Below are positions 56,301 to 64,000 of a stretch of 64,000 nucleotides of DNA, in pieces (positions within the stretch are counted from its first letter, which is position 1; every line of letters starts with the position of its first letter). The stretch is from the sequence record NC_019526.1, one strand, 5' to 3'. Made by a program: the position numbers and the translations under genes. Below the pieces are notes generated by a model. It had not been told where the DNA came from and did not search any database. It saw only the letters and a program-made list of their open reading frames with translations.

Positions 56301-57869
56301 ATGAACAAATCAATCACACCGGACGTGACTCAATATAGTATTAAAAATCAAGAATATCTTCTTTCTCAAATTTTTACAAATCCAGATTTGTATGTACGTT
56401 GTAAAAATATCTTAAAACCTGAATATTTTGATAAGATATTTCAAAACAGTATTCAGTACGTTCATGAATACAGTAATAAGTACAACGGTGGTTTCCCAAC
56501 TCTACTTGATATTGAAGTTAAAAGTGGATTTCAATACACTGAAATTAAAGTATCTGAATTAAACAAACAAGCTGTATTAGATCATTGCGGTGAATTTTGT
56601 CGTCACAAAGCACTAGCACTTGCAGTTGAAAAGGGAATGGAATTAGTTCAACAAAAAAAATATGGTGGTATTGAAGAATTAATCCGTGAAGCCATGCTTG
56701 TTACTGTACAAAATGAATTAGGTCTTGATGTATATGAAAACCCAGAGGAAACAATCCAGTCACTTAAAGATATGCAGGGTTCGATGCGAAGTGGATGGGA
56801 TACTCTTGATTTCAAATTATTTGGTGGTTTTGGTAAACAAGAACTTGAAATATTCGCAGCGGCAAGTGGTGGTGGTAAATCGGTTGTACTACAAAATATC
56901 GCAGTTAACTTTTCCAAAATGGGATTAAATGGTGCATATATTTCACTGGAACTTGCAGAAGAACTGGTTGCGGTTCGTATCTATGGTATGATGACTGATA
57001 CTAAACTGAGTACAATCAAAAGCGATGCAAGTAACATTGGTATGAAAATCGCCATTGATGGTAAACAGTCTGGTTCACTGAGGATTAAGCGTTTACCAGA
57101 ATCGATCACAACTTCTAATGATATCGAAAGTTACATTCGAGAATTACAAATAAAAACTGGGATTAAACTGGATTATATTTGTGTGGACTACTTAGACTTG
57201 ATGACCTCGGAACGTAGTACTGATGCATCAAACGTGTTTGTTAAGGATAAATTTGTATCAGAAGAATTACGTGCCTTAGCACATACTATGGACATGACTG
57301 TATTCACAGCCGCACAGTTTAACCGTAGTGGTATTAATGAAGAAAAGAAAAGTCAGGCACAAATTGCAGGTGGCATGTCAAAGATTTATACTGCTGATAA
57401 CGTAATTTATATCGAAACTAATAAAGATAAAGGTGAACTTTGGTTTGACTTCCAGAAAACTCGTAACAGTTCTGCTGTAGGTTCAAAACTTCGTATGTCT
57501 TATAATATGGACTCTCTTCGAGTACTGGATCATGCACAAACAATTCAGGAGCTTGAGTGTAATAAGAGTGGTTTTAAGCTCACACAGAGTACTATGGGTG
57601 TTGGTGGAGGCTCAGTGACACAACCCCCTTCGACTATGACAAGTCTTCGCCACAGCCTTTACAATGCAAATATGGGGCTATCTCAACCAGTTGAAGTTGA
57701 ACACAATGTAGACAACACAAGTGTACTAAATACTGACAATGAGGATGTTTTAAATTCACCAGTATATGAAAATGAAACAATTGAAGAATTTGAAATTGTA
57801 GAATCGGTGCAGACAAAACTTTCTCCAAGTAAAATTAGTAATATGAGAGACTTTTTAGGGAAGAGATAG
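56301..57869 (+). CDS. gp41: Replicative helicase (gp41/DnaB-like)
   Basis: AASGGGKS, ISLELAEE, CVDYLDL, TAAQFNR, QKTRNS. Confidence 0.93.
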   Translation: MNKSITPDVTQYSIKNQEYLLSQIFTNPDLYVRCKNILKPEYFDKIFQNSIQYVHEYSNKYNGGFPTLLDIEVKSGFQYTEIKVSELNKQAVLDHCGEFCRHKALALAVEKGMELVQQKKYGGIEELIREAMLVTVQNELGLDVYENPEETIQSLKDMQGSMRSGWDTLDFKLFGGFGKQELEIFAAASGGGKSVVLQNIAVNFSKMGLNGAYISLELAEELVAVRIYGMMTDTKLSTIKSDASNIGMKIAIDGKQSGSLRIKRLPESITTSNDIESYIRELQIKTGIKLDYICVDYLDLMTSERSTDASNVFVKDKFVSEELRALAHTMDMTVFTAAQFNRSGINEEKKSQAQIAGGMSKIYTADNVIYIETNKDKGELWFDFQKTRNSSAVGSKLRMSYNMDSLRVLDHAQTIQELECNKSGFKLTQSTMGVGGGSVTQPPSTMTSLRHSLYNANMGLSQPVEVEHNVDNTSVLNTDNEDVLNSPVYENETIEEFEIVESVQTKLSPSKISNMRDFLGKR

Positions 57870-57880
57870 GAATAATGTGA

Positions 57881-58150
57881 ATGGACGCAAAAAACCAAAA
57901 TCTATTAGATAGTATTTTTGAACACACATCCGAAAAAAGATCAATACAGCATTTTAGTAATAGAGCAGATCACGCGATTAACTCTGTTATTAATTTACTT
58001 GAATATATAGAAACTGAATTTGATGCAGACGACGCTGAGGATTTAAAAAAGCGTTTATTTCTTAGTATAAAGAATAGAGACTATAAAAAGTTTCAAAAAG
58101 GATTGGAGAATATTGCACTCGATGAATCCAGAAAGAATAAGGATAATTGA
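57881..58150 (+). CDS. Conserved hypothetical protein
   Basis: 89 aa, AINSVINLLEYI...LKKRLFLSIKNRDYKKF. Confidence 0.75.
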   Translation: MDAKNQNLLDSIFEHTSEKRSIQHFSNRADHAINSVINLLEYIETEFDADDAEDLKKRLFLSIKNRDYKKFQKGLENIALDESRKNKDN

Positions 58151-58725
58151 TGATTTTTGACAAGTCCAAATTTGAAAAATTAACCAAACCACGCAAACTG
58201 AAATATATTCAGGAAAATGACTTTTTTGGATTCAAACGAAAAATGCAGTGATGGTATTGTATTGTATAGAAAATGGTTTAACGGATGTTGTATATGCACC
58301 ATGTGGGGCTGAATGTAAAATAACCTCAACTAAACCATCCAAGTATTGTAATAGTTATAAAAACAGAAAGGAAGAAACTTGCCCTCTGTGTCATAATTAT
58401 TATAAAAATATAATGCAAGAGAAGTACAAAGAAAGTTGTACCAAAAAATATGGTGTAGAAAATCCAATGAAAAGTACTGAAATTAGAGAAAACTATAAAC
58501 AGAATTTCATTGAAAAAACAGGATATACAAATCCATTGTGCACAGGTACCGATTCAAGAACAAAAAGAGATCAAACTTGTATTGTATTATTTGGTTCGGT
58601 ATCTTCACAAAAACGACCCATCACTTTTGCCTAATTTAACAGAAGATGATATAACTATCGGTTTGTATAAGTTCAATAAAATATACACTACTGGGAATTT
58701 GAAATATGAAAAAAACTATAAATGA
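58150..58725 (+). pseudogene. Decayed paralog of the 61148 endonuclease-like gene (two frameshifts plus internal deletion)
   Basis: Frame change at T6 (58222-58227); KYGVENPMKS repeats; terminal FNKIYTTGNLKYEK matches YNKIFDCGNFKFTK of 61148. Confidence 0.65.
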
Positions 58726-58861
58726 AAATGCCAGTTCTGGAAGTACATCATCTGGATCTATTGCTTCCACTACCAACGGATTACATTATCCGCTAGTCAC
58801 CAGACTTCCCAAGACTAATTTCTTTGGAATGAAAGAATATAAAAAGAAGGATAAAAAATGA
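58706..58861 (+). CDS. 51-aa small probable head peptide (absent from ORF track)
   Basis: MKKTINENASSGSTSSGSIAS...; ATGA overlap with 58858. Confidence 0.6.
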   Translation: MKKTINENASSGSTSSGSIASTTNGLHYPLVTRLPKTNFFGMKEYKKKDKK

Positions 58862-59250
58862 AACCATATACTTTCTATACAATCAATACAGTTGTTGATA
58901 TTGGTGATGGTAGTACTCCTACTATATCAAATGGAAAGTTCACTGGTGCTATGAATTTATCAAGGCTGGTAGAAACAATTACTATACATGATTATCCTAT
59001 GATGGTAAGTATTGTAAAAACTGAAGTAGATTTATCAAAAGATAGTAATGCTGAATTTTACAATTTACCATCTGTGTGGGGAAAATGTGTTGTGAGTACT
59101 TTTAAGTTCGCATTAACAAATGATGTGACATTGAAAATTAATGGTGTTCCATTGGTATTGCCTACTGTAGTTAATAATACCAGAATTACTAAATTCCAGA
59201 CAATGAATACTAACAGGAATATCAGTATTATTAAGCAGACTTTTTATTAA
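58858..59250 (+). CDS. Hypothetical protein, distant relative of 36011/36722
   Basis: NLSRLVETI...TFKF...NGVPL resembles NLQRIVDIV...TFMI...TGVPM. Confidence 0.65.
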   Translation: MKPYTFYTINTVVDIGDGSTPTISNGKFTGAMNLSRLVETITIHDYPMMVSIVKTEVDLSKDSNAEFYNLPSVWGKCVVSTFKFALTNDVTLKINGVPLVLPTVVNNTRITKFQTMNTNRNISIIKQTFY

Positions 59251-59289
59251 AATAAATAATTGAAAGATCTTTTTACAAAAGGAATTAAA

Positions 59290-60261
59290 ATGGATATTCA
59301 ACAAACATCACAAGAATTACAAAAATTTGCTGATTCTCAGGGAATGAATATTGATGTTTCTACTGTACTTGATAATATGGATGCTGGTGATTTCGTGGAA
59401 TTGAATTCGGCTATCGACTCTAACAATAATCAAGAAATTTTTAAAATTCTTCAAAAATATAAAGCACGTATGAGTGAAAGTTTTGAATATTTTAGTCCAA
59501 CATATGTACTTAAATACGTAACCGAAAATTCAAAACTAAAAGAAATTGATAATTATAGTATTAAAGAATTAAAAGAAGCGTATTCAAAATTCAGTACATA
59601 TGGTGATATTTCAGAATTTAGTACTCAGGAATTAAAAGCATTAGTGTATGAAGATATAACACAGAATGCTACACAGCTTAATGCGTTAAAAACTAGTAAT
59701 ATTGCACAACAAAATCTACAACAGCAACAACAACAAATTAATCCACAGACACAGGCTAAAGTTAAACAAGCAGAATTGCAAAAAGGTACGGGTAATATGA
59801 AAGTATCTGTTCCTGGTCAACAATCTGGTACAGATGAAATTGAACCCCTTGTTGGTATTGATGTTGGACAAACACCACAACAGACATTGGTTGTTACTAA
59901 AAGTGGTTCTAAACCAAATCAGGTTAATATATTTGGTCTAGATGACGTCACCCCAGTTCAGGAATCAAGAAAACTAATGGATGACATTGATAAGATCTGC
60001 ACAGAAGAAAAATCTGTACAAGAGATTAATGCAGAAACTAAAAATGTTGCTCAGCCAGCACCTGAACAAAGTGGAACGCCATCGCCAGTTACTTATACTG
60101 CTCCTGGTATGGGTGAGTTTATTCATTCAGTACAGGACGTTCCATTTGAAGATGATTTCAGTGGAGAAGAAAGCCCATTAGGAAATTCTAAATTTGAACA
60201 GAATGATGAAATTGTTAACGATATAATTGATTTATGTAATCGAATGGATAATAGAAAATGA
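59290..60261 (+). CDS. Probable internal head protein
   Basis: Gln-rich/acidic, MSES, VTEN and VQES motifs, late promoter ATAAATA at 59252; start at ATG 59290. Confidence 0.65.
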   Translation: MDIQQTSQELQKFADSQGMNIDVSTVLDNMDAGDFVELNSAIDSNNNQEIFKILQKYKARMSESFEYFSPTYVLKYVTENSKLKEIDNYSIKELKEAYSKFSTYGDISEFSTQELKALVYEDITQNATQLNALKTSNIAQQNLQQQQQQINPQTQAKVKQAELQKGTGNMKVSVPGQQSGTDEIEPLVGIDVGQTPQQTLVVTKSGSKPNQVNIFGLDDVTPVQESRKLMDDIDKICTEEKSVQEINAETKNVAQPAPEQSGTPSPVTYTAPGMGEFIHSVQDVPFEDDFSGEESPLGNSKFEQNDEIVNDIIDLCNRMDNRK

Positions 60262-60452
60262 GATCTATAAAAACCGACAATGGTTATAGTATTATCCTTA
60301 GTAATGAAGAGTACTCATTATATAGAAAAATTAAAGCTAGAAAAAAAATTCACGAAGAATCTCTTCCTGAATATTATCAAGAACTCGCCAATAAACTGGT
60401 ATCAAGGGGTGTTCTTGATAAAACTGAAGATAATATATATACAGTAAAATAA
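60258..60452 (+). CDS. Hypothetical protein
   Basis: 64 aa, coupled; ELANKLVSRGVL. Confidence 0.7.
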   Translation: MRSIKTDNGYSIILSNEEYSLYRKIKARKKIHEESLPEYYQELANKLVSRGVLDKTEDNIYTVK

Positions 60453-60476
60453 TACAATGTAATTAAAGGAAGTTAT

Positions 60477-61130
60477 ATGAGTTATTATTCTGATGATTAT
60501 GAACAAAATAAGAAGGCTAAATCAGAAATTTCTGATTTACTTACTGACTTGTATGATATTGGTTTTTATGATAAAAATGATATCCCACCACCGGTAAGCA
60601 CAGCACCTGATTATGGTTATGATTATATTACAGAAGGTGTACAAGGTACTTATTCACTGGATGAAAATGGTATTCCAGTTAATGTAGTACAACCCACTAT
60701 CCCAGAACAGTACTATACTGAACCTGTTATTCAAAAACCAAAAAATACTAAAAAATGGGATTTAGTTGAAGATCACTATCCAGGTACTAAAAGTACTAAA
60801 GTCTATAGTATTAAATGTAATTCAAATGACCAAATTATTATGAATAACATTTTAATGCACGAAGCCGCTTTAACTTTAGTAAATCTTTTAAATGAAGGTA
60901 GAATGTTAACTGATCCAAAAATTCTTGGTATAATCAGCAGTGGTATTCAATTTACTTCAGTTATGAATGAGGTCATAAAAGTATCAAAAGAACGTCTTGT
61001 GGTACTAAATGAAGCTCGTTATGATGATGCAAAAGAATTGGATGTAAAAATTGCCGAAAAGAAAAATGAAGCATATAAACTGAAAAAACGTGTACTGGAT
61101 TTTCTAAAAACTGAAGGCTACATTAAATAG
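60477..61130 (+). CDS. Hypothetical protein
   Basis: 217 aa, AAGGAAG RBS. Confidence 0.72.
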   Translation: MSYYSDDYEQNKKAKSEISDLLTDLYDIGFYDKNDIPPPVSTAPDYGYDYITEGVQGTYSLDENGIPVNVVQPTIPEQYYTEPVIQKPKNTKKWDLVEDHYPGTKSTKVYSIKCNSNDQIIMNNILMHEAALTLVNLLNEGRMLTDPKILGIISSGIQFTSVMNEVIKVSKERLVVLNEARYDDAKELDVKIAEKKNEAYKLKKRVLDFLKTEGYIK

Positions 61131-61147
61131 TACTTCAAGGGAATGAA

Positions 61148-62881
61148 ATGAAAAAATATCTGAAAAATTTAGATACAGAAACAGAAAATCTATTTAATGA
61201 AATTCGTTCATTACTAAGTAACAAAAATAGTAAATCATGGCATACCTCAATAAATGCTTCTGGAAGGGAGCATTTAAAAAACGCGGTACTCAGAGTCTAT
61301 CCAAGTAGTGATTTTTTATTATCAGAAGCATTAAAACTGATTATCAATCAAGAAGAACCACCGTATGCAGTATGTGGTAGAAAATGTAAGTATTTTAATG
61401 GTCAGTATGATAGATATTGTTCATTGGGTGTCAAACCCAATAAAAACACTTATTGTGAGAAGTGCAATAATCACTGGCGAGAAAAGAAAAACAAATCCAC
61501 AAAAGAAAACTGTCTAAATCAGTACAATGTTGAACACCCTTTTCAGCGAAATGATGTGAAAACAAAAGTACATGAAACTAAAATACGAAAATACGGTACT
61601 AATTATAATAAAATAATTTCAAACAAATCATTCAGTACTTATTATAATAAAACTGGATATTCATGTCCATTGAGTAATCCAGATATACAACAAAAAATTA
61701 AAGAAACTAATATTAAAAATTATGGATATGAAAATCCCGGTTCATCTCCATTAATTGTACAAAAAAGAAAAAATACCCAGAAGAAATTATATGGTCATGA
61801 ACATTCTATGCAGAATGGTGATATAAAACTAAAGGTATTGATTAAATCTGCCACACAGAGAATGGATAGTATAAATTCAAAACTTGAATTTACTAATTTT
61901 ATTCCTTTGTTTGATATTAGTGATTTAATTGGTTTGGATACATATAACAAAATGCCATACTGGTGTAATACACATGGTTTATTTTATTCATGTAGTAATT
62001 ATAAAATTATATGTAATGAATGCACTCCCGTTCATATAAGCACACAACACAAAGAGATATTAAATTTTATAGAAAATCTTGGTATTGAATGTGTAACGAA
62101 TACACGCTCTGTTTTAAAAAGTACTATGGAATTGGATATTTTTATACCTGACTTGAATGTTGCAATAGAAATTAATGGTATGTACTGGCATAGTACTGAA
62201 TACAAAGAACGACTGTATCATCAAAACAAAATGCTGGAATGTAAAGAACATGGCATTCACTTAATACAGATATGGGAAGATGAATGGAATACCAAACAAG
62301 ATTTGGTTAAATTTCGTTTGATGAATGTATTAAAATGCTCCAGTACTATATATGCAAGAAAATGTAAAATAAAAGAAATCAATAAAAAAGAATGTGATAA
62401 TTTTATTAATACATACCATATCCAAGGTTCTAGTTCATCATCTATTAGAATTGGTTTATATTACGAAAATGAATTATATGCAGTTATGACATTTGGAAAA
62501 TCCAGATTTGATAAAACTGTTCAGTATGAATTGATACGATATTGTTCAAAAAGTACAGTCGTTGGCGGTGCATCTAAATTATTAAAGTACTTTGAGAAGA
62601 AATACAAACCAGTGTCGTTGATTTCTTATGCAGATGCGTGTTGGAGTACGGGTGATTTATATATTAAACTTGGTTTTACATATAATGGATTAACTGAACC
62701 TGGTTATTTTTATTACAAATCAAGTACTGGTAGAATTTCAAGGCATCAATGTCAAAAGAAAAAACTAGTCAATCAGGGATATGATGAAAATTTATCAGAA
62801 TATCAAATATGTACCACTGTACTTAAATATAACAAAATATTTGATTGTGGTAATTTTAAATTCACTAAATATTACATATAA
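61148..62881 (+). CDS. Homing-endonuclease-like protein (KYGxxN repeats, PD-(D/E)xK/Vsr-like nuclease, C-terminal ARKC domain)
   Basis: ELDIFIPDLNVAIEINGMYWH...LIQIWEDEW, IYARKCKI, ISYADACWSTG. Confidence 0.75.
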   Translation: MKKYLKNLDTETENLFNEIRSLLSNKNSKSWHTSINASGREHLKNAVLRVYPSSDFLLSEALKLIINQEEPPYAVCGRKCKYFNGQYDRYCSLGVKPNKNTYCEKCNNHWREKKNKSTKENCLNQYNVEHPFQRNDVKTKVHETKIRKYGTNYNKIISNKSFSTYYNKTGYSCPLSNPDIQQKIKETNIKNYGYENPGSSPLIVQKRKNTQKKLYGHEHSMQNGDIKLKVLIKSATQRMDSINSKLEFTNFIPLFDISDLIGLDTYNKMPYWCNTHGLFYSCSNYKIICNECTPVHISTQHKEILNFIENLGIECVTNTRSVLKSTMELDIFIPDLNVAIEINGMYWHSTEYKERLYHQNKMLECKEHGIHLIQIWEDEWNTKQDLVKFRLMNVLKCSSTIYARKCKIKEINKKECDNFINTYHIQGSSSSSIRIGLYYENELYAVMTFGKSRFDKTVQYELIRYCSKSTVVGGASKLLKYFEKKYKPVSLISYADACWSTGDLYIKLGFTYNGLTEPGYFYYKSSTGRISRHQCQKKKLVNQGYDENLSEYQICTTVLKYNKIFDCGNFKFTKYYI

Positions 62882-62900
62882 CTTATAAGGAATATATAAA

Positions 62901-63524
62901 ATGTCTGACATTAAAAAAATCATGGAAGCTGAAAATCGTGTAGAAGCACTGAAGTTCATGCAGATTAATGAAAGTAATATTGAAAAACTGGAAGTGGTTC
63001 TCGCAATCAAATCTGGTATTGCCGATAAACTACAACGTGCTTCTGAGCAGTTGATGAACTACAGCGTTGACGTTCTCGGTCCAATTGTTGATCGTATTAA
63101 AGCAGAAGAAGGTATTGAAGTGGCCGAAGAATTTCAGTCCAGAGTTAAAAACATCCTTCAACATGCAGCAGATGTAGTTATGGATGCTAAAGACCAGATC
63201 ACTAACGAAACTCTTAAACTTACTGGTGATGTAGCTGATAATCCAGATGTGGCGGATATCGGTATTGATGATGATCTAACTGTTGATGAGGAAACCCCAA
63301 CTTTTGATATGGAATCTGATGCTTCCTTTGATGATATTGAAGAACCTGTACCGGAAGATCGTGCAATGAAAGAATCTGTACAATATACCCAAGTTGGTAT
63401 CAAAATGGAAAGTACTAAAGGTACTATTGGTACAAAATATTTCAGTACTCATAAAGAAGCTGAAAAATGGCTCAAAGAAAATGAATCTAAAGTCAAAAAA
63501 GTACTTGGGTTCGAGAAAAAATAA
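62901..63524 (+). CDS. Acidic probable head protein
   Basis: INES, MKES and ENES motifs; capsid-like codon bias. Confidence 0.68.
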   Translation: MSDIKKIMEAENRVEALKFMQINESNIEKLEVVLAIKSGIADKLQRASEQLMNYSVDVLGPIVDRIKAEEGIEVAEEFQSRVKNILQHAADVVMDAKDQITNETLKLTGDVADNPDVADIGIDDDLTVDEETPTFDMESDASFDDIEEPVPEDRAMKESVQYTQVGIKMESTKGTIGTKYFSTHKEAEKWLKENESKVKKVLGFEKK

Positions 63525-63532
63525 GGTTAATT

Positions 63533-63883
63533 ATGAAATTTCGTGATATTGTAAAAATCACAGAAGATGCACCACCAAAAGATATTCGCAATATGATCAC
63601 CAGTATTGCATTATCACTAGTTGCATCTGGTAGGGAAGAGGTTGGTATTCAGTCATTGGTTAATGAAATTAAGAAAAGGACTGGTATTGATGTTCCTTAT
63701 AATGTGATGATGGATATTTTAAATTCGTTGCCATTTGTTCAGGATGCAAATTCTGATAGAGTACAATTTTCAGGAACTGATACCAGTACTGACTTTAAGC
63801 AACCTAATTCAGAAGAAAGTTCTGAACAAAAAGTACAAGATATGGCTGGTAAAGCAGCCACCGACAGTATGAAATCACTATAA
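63533..63883 (+). CDS. Small probable head protein
   Basis: MKFRDIVKITED N-terminus. Confidence 0.68.
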   Translation: MKFRDIVKITEDAPPKDIRNMITSIALSLVASGREEVGIQSLVNEIKKRTGIDVPYNVMMDILNSLPFVQDANSDRVQFSGTDTSTDFKQPNSEESSEQKVQDMAGKAATDSMKSL

Positions 63884-64000
63884 AATTTTTGAACAAAAAG
63901 ACAAAAATAAGCTATAATTATGGAGTAACAAGGGAATGTTTGTTCCACCTATTATTAGCAGATATTCTTATGTTGATTATAAAAGAATTGAAGGCGGCTC

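Overview
This 64-kb AT-rich window (about 30-33% GC by eye) is the conserved core of a T4-superfamily jumbo myophage. Gene content and order resemble the RaK2/GAP32-type enterobacterial jumbo phages; that assignment is from recall and was not checked by database search. In order it holds: a minus-strand baseplate cluster (wedge, gp25-like, lysozyme, gp5-like spike, hub, gp53-like, tube initiator) interrupted by a two-ORF plus repeat/hairpin island; a late sigma factor; gp47/gp46; endonuclease VII; a gp26-like chaperone and a tape-measure-like gene; the head module (portal, protease, scaffold, major capsid); a fibre gene; family-B DNA polymerase, clamp-like protein and GroES; two paralogous virion proteins; RNase H; large terminase with an Ala-start intein; gp32, UvsX, UvsY, a DEDDh exonuclease and UvsW; a mini-DnaE; primase and helicase; and several acidic probable head proteins. 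Four free-standing Zn-ribbon homing-endonuclease-like genes and one relic are interspersed. No tRNA, rRNA or CRISPR array is supported. The strongest unexplained signals are (1) window-wide hyper-iteration of the palindrome AGTACT/CAGTACTG, (2) the repeat and covarying-hairpin island at 3.7-4.4 kb, (3) a -1 frameshift signal in the gp26-like gene, (4) a 213-aa DnaE catalytic core, (5) a pseudo-ATPase terminase paralog, and (6) a (T/C)TGAA(C/T)-N17/18-TATAAT promoter class ahead of replication genes. All counts were made by eye and should be recomputed.
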